From: Vicugna vicugna
Taxonomy: Eukaryota
Assembly: GCA_013265495.1 (NCBI GenBank)
Contig: MU058153.1
Location: 684,001 to 748,000, forward strand
Length of the DNA: 64,000 nucleotides
Reading direction: 5' to 3'
A model generated the notes under the pieces. It was not told the origin of the DNA. It ran no database searches and was given only the letters and a program-made list of their open reading frames with translations. The first letter of the stretch is position 1, and every line of letters starts with the position of its first letter. Positions 1 to 12,875 of the stretch are shown piece after piece. Made by a program: the position numbers and the translations under genes.

Positions 1-553
1 GTTCACCTTGGGGTGTACGTGCGTAACCCTCTTTCTGAGCGAGGACTTTAATTTTATAACTGAATGGCCACAGTTACCGCTTTACTCCCCGAGTACAAAG
101 CATATATAGGTCACCTTTTATTTACTAAAATCCTGCTTGTGTCTCAAGTACTTCACAAAAATGTTAATATCAAAATTACTTTTATTTAGCTTCCGTGTGC
201 AGCTAGGTTGCCATGATTCATTTTGGAAGAATGTGAGATTTATGTCAACTGCTCCTTCTTCTACATCCTTTAATTTCTATTTGTAAATCAGGTCATCCCT
301 TTAGAAAACAGTGTGTGTTTGCCTTTTTCATAGAAATATTTTCACAGTCCTACTGTAACGTTTAACATTTTTCTTTTTGTCAAATGTCACTATAAAGAAC
401 AAACACACAAAGACCAAGTTGTATCTTCAAAAAACTATCACATATTCAAACCAAGATACACGTTTCCTCTATGTAAAAACCTATGAAATGGTTCTTTGAA
501 CTTTAATGACTGGAATAAACTTAGCAGTATATAAATGTGGGCTTTCTTTTTGC
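1..553 (+). terminator. Probable 3' end (3'UTR and polyadenylation site) of an unidentified + strand gene lying upstream of the window
   Basis: AU-rich sequence with no recognisable repeat; TGTA at 282, 354, 420 and 472; AATAAA at 514-519; GU/U-rich TGTGGGCTTTCTTTTTGC at 536-553, then a long T/G tract. Gene not recognised. Confidence 0.5.
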
Positions 554-590
554 ATTAGTTCATGAGAGCTTTATAAATTTCACAGGTCCT

Positions 591-660
591 TTTTCACTTT
601 TGTTTTTATTGTTTGTTTTTGGTTTTGGGGTTTTTTTGTTTGTTTGTTTTCTTTTGTCTG
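591..660. repeat. T/G-rich low-complexity tract, (TTTG)n-like
   Basis: Directly visible: ttttgtttttattgtttgtttttggttttggggtttttttgtttgtttgttttcttttg. Confidence 0.85.
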
Positions 661-1389
661 TTCATGGTTATTGGGAAGTTAACAGCTAAGGTTTATAATC
701 AGTGCCAGAGATTGTCTCAAACTCCTTTTTTCATGATTTGGGATAGTCATTTCACCTCTGTCAGTTAAAATTTTGTTTTTCTGTGGGATGTAGAGATTCA
801 AGAAGTGGTTAAACAAAAAGCAGCCACACTCTCCTTAAAGAGGCACCCGGAGGGGGCCATTCAGGCTGTCGCTGCCCCTTGATGCCGTCAGCGGCTCAGG
901 CCCTTCCTGTCCACCTTCTCTGAGATTCTTAGTTCAGGGCTTTCTTACCTGAGATCGCCCCATGGTTAGCGGACGGAACGTAAGTCTCCGGCTGGCCTGT
1001 CTGTGTTTCACAAGGATGGTGGTAGAAAGGTGAGAGGTAAAAGTCCCCATTATTAAAAGTGCTTCCCCAGAATTTTCATCCAGAAAAGTCCAGTTCTGTT
1101 CCCTTGGATAGAGCTTAAGAAAATAGCCACTTCTACAGGTATGGGGTCCTGGGAAGTGGAGCCAGGCATGTTGCCCCACACCAATTCTAGATTCCACGAG
1201 GAAGACGGAAGAGGGAAATGGTCATAGGACGGGCAACTGGAATATCTACCTCGTCACCCTTCCTTCCTTGCCTCGTATTTTTTCATTTTAATTTCACTAG
1301 TTTTAAATTTGTCCTTTCATTTTATTTTCCTTAAATCTGTTTTTGAAGCAGGTGGTATCTAAAAAAAAAAAAACCCTAATAATTTACTA

Positions 1390-1595
1390 AATAATAGCAC
1401 TAATAGCTCAGGGATGCTAAAGCACTATGCTGCATGTATTACCTACATGTTCTCAGGTAGTCATTTTAGAAGCATGATGAGCTGGTTCTATCTTTATCTT
1501 CATTCTACCAGTGAATTCATTGCTACGTAAGAGAGTTTAAGTACCTTACTGAGGTCACCCGACTAACACATGAGAAATATGGATTTCTAACTCAT
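1390..1595 (-). mobile_element. MIR SINE remnant
   Basis: Antisense MIR core: tatcttcattctaccagtgaa...agagagtttaagtaccttactgaggtcac. Confidence 0.65.
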
Positions 1596-2019
1596 ATTTC
1601 TTCATTGACAGGCTCTTATGTTCATCAGGTTAAACATTCTCCCATCTGCATATGAATGAGTTGATCCATATCTGCTTACATCCTTAGATGCGGGGAGGAA
1701 ATGTTTTCCCCTCCAACTGTGGCTGAGCAAGACAAAAACTTTTCAGCATTTCTTCAGCTTTTCTCTCACGTTTTCTACCTGTACCTTCATTTCGTGTGAA
1801 AACCTCAAGCCCTTGACATCTGGGGGAAGGTAGCCCGAACTGGAGGTATCATACTATCATTTAGCATATTTGGATCAATGCCTGTAAACCCATCATGTGT
1901 GTAATTGTTCAATATCTAACCTTCTGCCATATTGGATTCCCTCAGAGAGCAGTGATGGTGTTCGTGCTTGTCACAGATTTGGATTCCATTCTAGGTCCAT
2001 AACTAGTGTTTGTTTTATA

Positions 2020-2400
2020 CTTTCATTCACTCAGCATATTGTTACTGAACAGCTCGTAGGCTTCCAGCACTATCCTGGACACTGTGAACAAAGTCTTTAC
2101 ACAGAGTCTCCTAGCAGGGAACCAAGTCTTTATCCTCATGAAGCTTATGGTCTGCTGTGTGGATGGGTGAAATGTAGGCTAAAAAATAGATGTGTAACAT
2201 GTCAGACGGTTACGATGATAAGGAGAAAAGAAGTGAAGGGGAAAGAGAGGAAGTGTTGGGAGGAGATGGCTAAATTTTCTCATTGTTAAGGTGACATTTG
2301 ATGATAGACCACAAGGACATAAAGGAGCAAGCCGTGTAGCTCTCTGAGAATAACATTCCAAGAAAAGGGAGCGGGAACTGTAAATGCCCCTTGGGGAGAG
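2020..2400 (-). mobile_element. L2 LINE 3' remnant
   Basis: Antisense L2 tail (ttcattcactcagcatattgttactgaac...ccagcactatcctggacactg) and the typical aaggtgacatttga segment. Confidence 0.65.
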
Positions 2401-3274
2401 TATGGTGTGAGAGTGTTCAAGGAACAGCAGATACAGAGAATATTGTCAAAACCCCATTGATAAGCCCAGGTAGCAAGTGTGAAGCTTTAAAGGATAAGGG
2501 GGAAAAAAAACCAAAACCCAGTTGTGAGGTTATTATTTCTAATTCCAGTCTTCACATAGACTCCAAATCTTATCTTAGAAATAATGTAAATGATGCAAAA
2601 GATAGAAGCAAATGAAAAAACCAAAAAACAGTGCCTAGAAATCTACCTTTCAGTCTCATGTCCTCAGGCAACCACTACCTTCCTCACTGGAAGGATCACT
2701 TTTGGCAAAGAAGGGGAGACTTTCCTACATGAGTGGCATAGCAGATAAGAATCGCCATGTTAGGGGCTTTGTATGAAATCATTATCTCAAAAAAAAAAAA
2801 AAACGAAAAAACAAAAAACCTTTCAACAAACCTGCAAGCTAAGGTAGTTTCCTCTCTTTTACATTTGGGTTCAGGAAAACTCTTGCTCAAGGTCATGAGA
2901 AAATATTAGCTAGCAACATAAAAATGTCAAAAGTACAACATTTTGAAAATTAAATGTTCTCCAAATTTAAGACAGTGTTATATAGGGGAATTTTCAGGGA
3001 AAAAAAATAATTTAAGACATAAAACATAGAGGTTATTTTCTGTGGCTGTTACTTTCACAGTTACGGATAGCCAATTTTTTAAGAAAAACATGGGAAAATA
3101 TAGATAGTATGGAAATATGGAACAGAGAGAAGAAATGCGACTGAAAATTAAAATGATAATGTCAAGATGGGGGTCATAATGGACTCATCAAATCTACGCC
3201 ATAGAGTTGAGTATGATATAACAAAGTCACCACTGTATTAATGCACGCATTGATCCAGTTGTATCTGTGGGATC

Positions 3275-3680
3275 TTATCATTCAATATGTGTCTATCGAG
3301 CACCGACTATGTATCGGGCAGTTTGCTGAGAGCTGGGGATGCACAGTGCATACAGCAGATGAGGTTCCTGGGCTTGTGGGGCACACATTCAGGAAGAGAA
3401 CTGAATCGCAAGCAGAGAACTTGATATTGTTAGACATCAGTTCTCTATTTAAAAGAAGTAAGCTGAATGGATAGAGGTGGATGAGAGTGTTTTTATTTTT
3501 TTTGTTTTGGTTTTTAATAGAGTAGCCAGAATACACTTTACTGAGGAAGTGACCTTTAAGCAGAGACCTGAGGAAATGTAAGGGCAAATAATGTGATGAT
3601 CAGGAGGAGACGGCTCACGCAGGGAGCACAGCCATCACGTAGGTCTCGAGTCTGGGGTGTGTTTGATGTGACACGTGTTT
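3275..3680 (-). mobile_element. L2 LINE 3' remnant
   Basis: cattcaatatgtgtctatcgagcaccgactatgtatcgggca...gctggggatgcacagtg...ctgaggaagtgacctttaagcagagacctga. Confidence 0.75.
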
Positions 3681-5712
3681 GGAAAGGTTAGAGTCCAATG
3701 AATCAACCTTTTTTTCTTTAACATTAAAAATCTCTGGAAAAAAAAATGTTTTTGAGAAGGTCTAAATCCTGGAGAAAGAAATAAAATTAGGTCTGTAATT
3801 TTAGGTCTGGTGTAGTTATAATTCCATAATCTGCTAAGAGTTTATTTTCCTGCCTTTTATTAAGGTTTGTCATTTCTGTAACCATTTTTTTTTTCTATGT
3901 GAATACATTCTTTCAAATATCTATTAGATGTCTGTCTACTGTTTAAAAGGCACTGGCTATTTGCATATGTGTTACTTTTTGTTTTTCAATAGTACCTACA
4001 ACATGCATTCAGCTCTCAAGGGGGTTGAATGAAAAAAGTAAACGATTCCATCTGGATATTTAAGCAACTCCACTGGGAGGCAGAACATTTACACATATAA
4101 CTGCCATATAAGAGACACATGATGTGAATCATCCAAGTAAGGATGTTACCAGTTTAGGCTCCGGTTATACCAAATTCTTCCTGGGAGAAAAGCGATTTAA
4201 GCTTTTGTCTATGTTGCCTGCATTCCTACTGTTTTTTCAATCTTGTAACACAATTTGTAATCAATTTTCCAGACACATTTGTTGGTAGATAGATGAGTGA
4301 GTGCTTTTTAAGAACTAAAATTTAAGGGGTGGAGGGAAGACTATGACAATTTCAACATGACAGTTTTCAAATTTATTATTTCTTAATTATACATGCTTTA
4401 CTAAGTCACAATCTATAACCATTTAGCAAAATATAGAAATAAAATTTGACGGAATTTTTTTCCCCTGTATCTGAAACTTCTGTCAGAATAATAAGAATAT
4501 ATGACAAATGAAATAAAGGAAAGCCTTTCTATATTTGCAAATCTGAATAGTCAAAGAATGAAACTTTGTATAGCATATCAGTTGTGCCTATAAAAATAAT
4601 ACACAGTTACTGGAGATAAATTTAAAATACTGAGATATCTAAAAAAAGAAATTGTATTGCCCTTGTCAGTCCTGCGTTCCAGAAATAATCATTAACATTG
4701 CCATGCGTTTTCATCCAGGCTTTAATCCTTATGAAAATGCGTTTTACACCTGAGTCTTCTGTAACTCAAACTGAATGCAAAATTCTGTTTCCTAATGTTA
4801 TTATTTAAATATAGGGCGTGCTGGTTTGCACAGTATTGCAGAATTTTCAGAACTAAAATTTTCAAATGGAAGTAATGATTCAACTGCTAGTTACTATTAA
4901 TATTTTCTATTTTTGGTATTATCATAAATAATGCTGTGTTAACAACATTTTTTCCCCTCTAAGGCCAGAATTCCATGCTGTGTTTTCTATGATTTTTCCC
5001 TTGATTTTTCCAAATGAAAGGGGTTGCTCTTTCGCTTGAACGTGCTTGAATTAACTTCTTTAGGCTATTTGCATGCGTGAATTGTCTCCTGTAGTAGGGT
5101 CTTTTTGTTTTCTTCGATTAACTGGTACCTTCTAAGTATTCTCTAAATATTTGTTAAACAAATGTTTAAAGAAAGAACTGTTAAGGAATATAATGATTTT
5201 TTTAAATTAGCTTTTATATCTAGAACTCATTGTCAATATAGTCACTTGCCCAGGAGATTATGTTTCCTTCAGGTTAAATGCAGAGTTGTTGAAATTCAAT
5301 CATAAGCTCATTCAATGAAAGTTCTTACAATTGTCAAAAACATCAACTTAACTAAGCATTAGCCTTGGCAAAATAAATTTGAACTGGCAGCCACTTCACA
5401 AAATTGCTAATTGTTCTTAGTTGACTGTATATCTTAGTGGGCATTTGAGCTTTCACAATGAAATGCATATACATAGTCAATCTTAGGTTCTTCTAATATT
5501 ATCTTAGCTCCCTGAATTACTCAAAAGTATAATTCACAAGTCAAATATTTTATGTTTCATTTATTTAAAGTATAACTTATACTAACCTATGTATCTATAC
5601 TGTCTGTTGATAAATAATATATTTTTATTCATTATGCAGTTAACTAGTATTTCTGGAATGCATGTGGTGGCCTTGAACACAGGACTTTGGAAATATGGTT
5701 CCTGTCTTAAAG

Positions 5713-5941
5713 CGGTGATTCTCAGCCAGGGATGTTTAAGACCCCACCCCTCACCCTTCGGACATTTGATGATGTCTGGAGACATTTTTGGTTGTCATGT
5801 CTGGTGAAGGTTGGTAGCTACTAATGTTTAGTGGCTAGAGGTCAGGGATGCTGCTTCATATCCTGCAATTCATAGGGAAGCCCACACTACGAACAATCAT
5901 CTGGCCTAATGCATCAGTACCACGGAGGCTGAGAAATCCTG
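5713..5941 (+). mobile_element. MER20 non-autonomous hAT-Charlie DNA transposon, full length
   Basis: Termini CGGTGATTCTCA...TGAGAAATCCTG; diagnostic ggacatttgatgatgtctggagacatttttggttgtca and gtggctagaggtcagggatgctgct; 8-bp TSD tcttaaag (5705-5712) / tcttaaat (5942-5949). Confidence 0.9.
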
Positions 5942-6074
5942 TCTTAAATGATCTCATGATTTCAGAGTAGAAGGCAGGCGTGTTGTTAATGGAATTGAGA
6001 TTCTAACAAGTAACTTGTAACAAGGATTAGTATTTCTGCCAGGGATACAAAGGGGGATGGTGTCATGTTTCCCT

Positions 6075-6750
6075 GTAAAAGACTGAAAGATTTGAGAAAG
6101 TGATGTTGAGCTGAGGAGGAGGAGGAGAGGGGACAAGGAGAAATCATTTCAGGAAGAGGAAATCTTTTGAGCAAAGTCACAGAAACATGACCCTACAAAT
6201 AGCTTAATTAAACTGGAGTTCAAAGTTGTGGTGTGGAATAAGTCTGGACCTGCAGTCAGAGGTTCAGTTATGAAGACTTGGTTTTGCAGGCTGAAGTGTT
6301 TGGACTTTATTCTGTAGGCAAAGGAAATCCATTGAAAAGAACTGTGGGATTAAAAAATATGAATACGTTACTTTTTTCCGATGAAAGAAAATACTTCTGG
6401 CAGCCCAAAGAAAACTGGAGGAGAACAAGAACGATTAGAGGCATGGACGTCACTTTGGCTAATTATGAAGTAGTGCACGTTGAAAGTCCTGAGAAGCTGC
6501 TCTGTCTCACTAGACGCTGCATTTGGTGGTTGCCTCTGTGAAATGGTGATGCTAAGACGGCTGGCTGGATTTGCTTCTCCATCAAATGTGGGGGTTGAGA
6601 TATCAAATAGGAGTTTTCAAAAATGAGTTACTTGTAACATTGGAAGTAGACTAGTTTGTTCAGTGAGAATATCAGAAGAGGAGACTGATCTCTGAAAATA
6701 CCGATATTTACCTGAAGTGGAGGAAAAGACATTAGCTTTTGTAAGTTATA
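6075..6750 (-). mobile_element. L2 LINE internal remnants (degraded)
   Basis: gtgatgttgagctgag...tttcaggaagaggaaat...gcaaagtcacaga and gtgtttggactttattctgtaggcaaaggaaatccattgaa are typical antisense L2 segments. Confidence 0.65.
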
Positions 6751-7388
6751 ATAGGTAGTCAAAGATATGGTAGGGGTGAGAGAGGTGGAGTAATGACATT
6801 TAAAGGGCATAAGAGACACCTGGCCATTACTTGAAATTAAGCTGATGCTGAAGGATTTCATTTCCACTGCAAGTCAAATTATGAAAGAAGTATTTTTTGA
6901 AACACTTAGCCTGGGCAAAAATCAAGAAAGGGACTCCTTAGTTTCCAGAGTGAAGAAAAAATGTCAAGATCAGATCACTAATCAGAGGCCCACATTTTCC
7001 AGCTATCAGACCTGGGAAACAGACTTTAAAGGCAGAATCCGATATTTTCATGCCCTCAGAGGAGCGCCCAGTGCACAGGCTGCATACACAAGGAGACTGA
7101 ATGCGTATTACCCACAGAAAGCTTCGAGGCAAGCAGGTATGCTACTGTGTCCTTGAAAGCAAAATTCTGACCACTATCATTGAGTCATTTTTGAGAAACC
7201 TGCAATGGGAAACAGCTTTAAGCAAATTTGTGAGTTCCAAATTTTATTACTTACGTGATGTAAAAACAGAGGGTAGAGAAATTAACAAAATTCTAATGTA
7301 AACTCAGAAACCACAACAACAAGGAAGCAGTGGATATGAACTGGCATTCAGTGAGTGTTGCTACAAACCAGGGCTCCTGACACACCCC

Positions 7389-7765
7389 TGTGTAAGTCAG
7401 CTGAGGCTGTCATTACGGAATACCACAGAAAGGTGGCTTAAACAACACATATGTATTTTTCCTCACAGTTCTGGAGGCTGAAATTCCGAGATCAAGGTGT
7501 TGGCACTGTTAGTTTCTGGTGAGACTTCTCTCCTTGGCTTGAAGGTGGCTGCGTTCTCACTGTGTCCTCACGTGGGACTTCCTTCGTATGCGTGTTTCTG
7601 TTCTCTCCTCTTATGTGAATACACATGCTGTTGGAGTAGGACCCCTGTTGTGTGACATTGTTTCACCTTAATTACCTCTTGAAAGACCCCCATCTCCAAA
7701 TCCAGTCATACTGAGGGTTAGGGCTTCAACACAAGGAATTTGAGGAGACGATGCGTTTTGTAACA
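7389..7765 (-). mobile_element. ERVL-MaLR solo LTR, MLT1A-like
   Basis: TG...CA ends; taccacagaaaggtggcttaaacaac, ctcacagttctggaggctg...gagatcaaggtgttggca and ccccatctccaaatccagtcatactgagggttagggcttcaaca; 5-bp TSD acccc/acctc. Confidence 0.9.
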
Positions 7766-7849
7766 ACCTCCATGAAGATTACCTAAGAGTGAAACATTCA
7801 AGTTGCCTGTGGGGACTCATGATTAAAGTGAATCAGAAAATTCAACAAA

Positions 7850-9300
7850 TAGAATTTACACCCTAGAACTGGAAATAATAGAACTATCCAGAGGAGACAT
7901 GAAAATAAATTGTGTAAAAGTTTAAGTACGTAAAAGAAGAAAAATCACCACAGCCATCATACTTGAAGGAGAACGCCAAACTTGAACTGTGGGGCATAAG
8001 AGCTGTACTATTTGGAGATTGTGAGCAAATCCATTTGGCAAAGATGTAGATAAGTGTAAATAAGTGTTAGTAACTTGGAAATAGATCTGGTTAAATTAAT
8101 CAGATATGCATCACAGATGTAAAGATATAAAGAAGATAAAATAACAGACTACAGAAAACGTACAAGAGAATTTTTAGAAAAGGAGGATAGGGAAAAATGA
8201 AGGCGAGAGCTCAGAATTTTCCTGGACTGAAAAGAGATATCAGTCTTCAGAATGCCTGAGTACACCATATCCTTGACGGGATAATCAGAAACAAATCTAT
8301 ACCGAGATGCATCGCTGTGAAACTTCAGAACTTGCACAATCAGAAGAGATCTTGAAAGCAATCAAAGATGAAATATCTATTACAATCAAAGGAATGAAAA
8401 TTAGAATTACAGAAGATGTCTCACAGTCATAATGGAGATGAGAAGCCCAACTGAATGGTAACTTTACAGGGTGGGTGAAAAGTACTTGTCAACTAAAACC
8501 CTATACTTAGCCAAAACATAATTCAGGGGGGAGTCTAAATTTTAAAAAAATGTTCATAAAAATACTGTGACAATTCGTTAATTCATAGACTCCCACCAAA
8601 ACCAAAAACAGAGCATGAACATTAATAAGAGGAAATTGAATCCCCTCCTCCCAGAATAAGGCTGGGATGGTTTGGAAATACTAAACTGTATGTTTATCAA
8701 GCATATAGGTGAATGCAAGCAAACTTGGACTGTAAAAAATGATTGATGCACAGATAGATGATAGATGATTCATATTACTAATTTCTTGGTCATTTTAGAC
8801 AAAGCATTTCATAAGGCACAAACAAGACAACATAATGTGGTAAATTACAGAAAGAAGTTCAGTGTGAATATGCTCTAAAGCCTCTCCTGGTTTGAGAGGG
8901 GATTAGACGTGTTTATGATCTATAGATGCTCAAGTGTGTATGTTTAAAGTTTATTAGTGAATGCCAACAGGAAAGAGATTTAATATCCAGACAAAGGAAA
9001 AGGAAAGGCAGGAGGAATAAAGACGATTGTATCAATCTAATAGTAGGATTAAACATTTGGACGTAAAAGATAGAGACCAACCAGAGTATAATGCTTTCCT
9101 CTGGGCAGGAAAGGGAGTAAAATTGAGGAGAATTACAAACTGGGCTTCAGCGCTTTCTAATATATATGTTCTGGAAAAATAAATTAGTCCAAATTGTTAA
9201 GCAAAATGTTAACATGTTAAATCTGCGACTAGAGGAGATGTTTTAGTTGTCACAATCAGTTTATTTCTGTCTGTTTGAAATACTTAGTTATGATATTAGC
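7850..9300 (+). mobile_element. Ancient L1-family remnant with decayed ORF1 and 3' tail but no visible ORF2 (HAL1-like or deleted L1ME)
   Basis: About 8212-8430 translates, with a stop and a frameshift, to QNFPGLKRDISLQ...NKSIPRCIAVKLQN / EEILKAIKDEISITIKGMKIRITEDVS, resembling the L1 ORF1p RRM-CTD; 9100-9300 resembles an old L1ME-type 3' end. Confidence 0.7.
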
Positions 9301-9339
9301 AAGTTTAAAAATGTACATTGGTGCCAGATAAAGCTGCGT

Positions 9340-9510
9340 TCTCATCCCATTCCTCGTACATCCTATGTACCTTGGGCAAAATTATTCAATTTCTTTAGGT
9401 TTCACTTGCTTAATTTTTAACTGTGTTCAATATTATAATATTGCCTACATTTCAGGGCTGTTTTAACAGTGTGAAGTGTGTGGCACAGTATTTGTAGAAA
9501 ATATATTGTA
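9340..9510 (+). mobile_element. MIR SINE remnant
   Basis: tgtaccttgggcaaaattattcaatttctttaggtttc...tgcctacatttcagggctgtt...tggcacagta. Confidence 0.7.
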
Positions 9511-9544
9511 ACTAGTGGAAATAAAACAGTTTATTTCATGCAGC

Positions 9545-10100
9545 GGAATGCAACCAAAGAGAGGAACGTTTTTAAAAGACGAAAGGCAGTATCATTAGTT
9601 TCCTATGCAAGCAAAATATTCAAATTACTGATATTGACCATGGGGTTTAACTCTAATGAGGTCACTGATGAAGTTTACGTGAGCAATTTGGGGAGATCCG
9701 TGAGAGCAGCCAACTGTGGGCGTGTGTGGAAGAGGGGAAATGACAGATACAAACCTTGCGGTGTATTGTTTGAAACAAGAAGGCGACAAAAAAAAATCAC
9801 CCACTTATTTATGGAAGCAGGAGAGAAAACAAGGAATTTTGAAAGTGGAAGGCTGCCAAAGTGAACTATTTAAAGTTTGGTTGCGGAGAAAAATAGGTCA
9901 GGGACTAGAGGCAGACAGAGGGGTGTGTGTGTGTAGTGGTAAGGATTTGGGCATGTTTACGGAGTGAGAGGAGAGGTCCAGTAGCAAGGGGGAAGGTGCA
10001 AATGTAGGAGCAAAGGTAAAGCACTGGTGGACCAAGGTCCTAGAAGAGATGGTAGGGGTGAGACTCAGGAGCACAGACGGAAGTGTGGAGAGAATCAGTT
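9545..10100 (-). mobile_element. Probable degraded L2 internal fragment
   Basis: Purine-rich; aaccaaagagaggaacgttttt and tgaccatggggtttaactctaatgaggtcactgatga resemble antisense L2. Confidence 0.45.
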
Positions 10101-11039
10101 GTCTGAGGTGAGGAGAAAGCTGCACACGAGTGCTGGCGGTCCTAGTGTTTACGTGCGCGTGAAGGACAATGCGGGGCTTATGGCTCTGAGCTTCAGATTG
10201 GTCTGTGGAAGATACGAGGCCACGTCCTCCACTGGGGAAGAATGTGTGCTTTGGTTATCGTAGTTTGTGTGCCTTTCCCCGGCCAAGAAGAAAGACTCAG
10301 GCGTTGAAATTCTCTGGAAGGGATGCTGATGGGAAAATTGGATTCAGGCCCAAGTCTCCCTCTCAAAAGAAGGGTTTTGTGTACGCGAACAATCATTGTT
10401 TGAGACTTCAGATCACCACACTCATTTCAGAAAGTCATGAGCTGTCCACAGAGGGGACCGATGGGCGAGAGTTCCTGGCTAAGCCTTTTGGGACATAAAC
10501 TGCAGCCAAGACTCCACATTTCCATGTCCTCTACAAAACCAGCTTTCTCAAAACAGACTCATACAACAAGCTGCAGTCACAGCCGAATGCCATGTTTCTA
10601 TTATTGTGATGACATAAAATCATTAAACCACTGCTAGTAGTAAAAGCAGTTGTGTCTGGCAATAGACCTGCTCTGTGCCCATTCAGAGGGAATTGCATTT
10701 TAAATGACCCCTAGAGAGCAACGACGGGAGAGGCGCGGGACCGAGGTTTGACTTCCACGGTAATTTATTACATGTCCTCCTTTGGTCTTGCTGCCGTACT
10801 CAAGCTCTTTGTTCTGAAAAGTGGGTCATACTGGCTGGAGTGCATGAGCACAAACTGTAATGAGGTTTCAAATTTTTGTTGGAGTCATATACTAATTTTT
10901 AAATAATATTTCCCAAATTTAAAGTCACAAAAAATAATTAAAAGGTCCCGATGTCAAGACTCAACTCCCGCGTCCCTAATCGCACAAGGTTCTCATCTAG
11001 ACTTCTTTTTACACCATATATATCACATAAGCAGAATTA

Positions 11040-11195
11040 CAACTACCTACGCCATGTCAGGCACAATATCTCAGTGAATCCTCATACAACCCAATGAGGT
11101 AGAAATTATTACCAGGGACAAATGAGTACGCTGACATCTCAAGACTGAACTCAAGCTTTCCAATATCAATTGGGATTCAAATTCAGGTCTGAATT
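11040..11195 (-). mobile_element. MIR SINE remnant
   Basis: catgtcaggcac...tctcagtgaatcctcatacaacccaatgaggtag...tgggattcaaattcaggtctga. Confidence 0.75.
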
Positions 11196-12322
11196 TTAAA
11201 AATTGAGGCTGAAAAGAGACACTGCATCAAATGTCACTTTTAAATTCTGAACCAATTGAAGAATGGACAAGGAAGCTTTGGCTTCCTTAGATGTTAACTT
11301 TATTATCAGTAAAGCTGTATTGAGAAACATGGTACATAAGGTCAAAACAGACTTTCTATCATACCCCGCAAACTGGCCCCTGGCCCCTGAGACCGGTTAA
11401 TTGCATGTAGGAACAGAGCCCGCCTCTCACCTTGCAAGAGCAATTGGTACAGGTGCACTAATCTTATACAGTAAAGCCGCTCCTCTTCTTGTGGGGAGGG
11501 AAATGGTCAGAGGTGTAGGATTGGATTCTGACCAACACCTCCAAGAGAGCCAGAGGTTTATCAGTAGAGGGAATAAATTATTCCCCTGGGACATGGCACA
11601 GACTTCCCATGGCAGCTTGTTCTGTTAATTTTATTTGTTTAATATGCTTAAGAATTATATGATCTTCTATGTAATAAGCTTCTTTAGAGTAGCAGGTGCA
11701 TTGATCAAACCAGGACAAGACACCAGGAAGTTCACACACTAGGAATGATGACAGAACATTATATTGGAGACATTCACAATGGTAGAGGTCTGTGCTCTCC
11801 AATTTCCCATTGTATTCTGGGAGAAGCACATAGGAATCTAGCAAATCTAAGCATTGGACAGCAGAAGGCTTTTACGAAACTAATTAGCAAAGTGATAGTC
11901 CCTCCCTGGAATGATTAAGGGCTGAATCCATCAACTCCGTGTAAGGCGTAGTCTCAGCTCCTAGTCCTGTTCTGCCAAGTTTGACATCCCTGGTTAAGAG
12001 CACAAGACCTCCTCCTTGACGGAATCAGTGTGCTAACGTGTAAACCTTAGAGTCCCGGCTCTTTGACGTTCTTGAACATGCTTGAATCTGCTGCATCAGC
12101 GTTTTACCAGAATTGATTGCTTAAGCATTTTGCTTTGACTTCCAGGTGATCTGCAGGAGGCCAGCTCCTACTTTGGGAGACTGGCATGTAGGGAATAAGT
12201 TTTGGACAAGCTGATTCCTACTTCGCAACGATGGCCTGGTTTTTGTTTTCTTGACACACCGTGGTGTTTAGTACTGTGTATTGCAATATGTGACTGTTGG
12301 ATAAAGGAAATAATGCAGAGAA

Positions 12323-12347
12323 GAATGAATGAATGAATGAATGAATG
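12323..12347. repeat. (GAAT)n short tandem repeat, probably an L2 3' tail
   Basis: gaatgaatgaatgaatgaatgaatg directly visible. Confidence 0.85.
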
Positions 12348-12696
12348 ATTATGTAGGAAAAAAAATGTCGTCACTTGGGCTGTCTTTCTCTCACACCCAC
12401 CTCTCCATTCCTCGTCTATTGAGAAGTACAAACAGATGCCCAGACACTAATTAGGAATGGAAGCCTAACTCTGTTTTATGTTATAAATCTCTCTTCTATC
12501 TAGCTGAAATTCAAAATCACTTTATTGTCATATAATCCTTACCACATTAACAATGGAATCATAAACTATAAAATAACAGTTCTCTAAGTCTCAATGAAAA
12601 CCCTCAAGTCTATCTTTTAGTTCCTTTTGAGACATGATTGTTAAAAATCTCCCTTATTTGTATTAAAAACTCCCTTGGAATTAAATCCTAAATTCT

Positions 12697-12875
12697 AATA
12701 ATAGCTGGCATTTTTGAATGTTCACTATGTGCGGGTGCTGTGATAAACACTTGACATAGATTATCTCATTTAATCCTCACAGAAACCAAATGAAGTGTTT
12801 ACTGTCATTATCCCTATTTGATGAAGAGGATACTGAGGCTCACAGAGAATTAGTAACTTGTCCAAGATCATCTAA
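12697..12875 (-). mobile_element. MIR SINE, well preserved
   Basis: aataatagctggcatttt...cactatgtgc...ttatctcatttaatcctcac...actgaggctcacagagaattagtaacttgtccaagatca. Confidence 0.9.
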
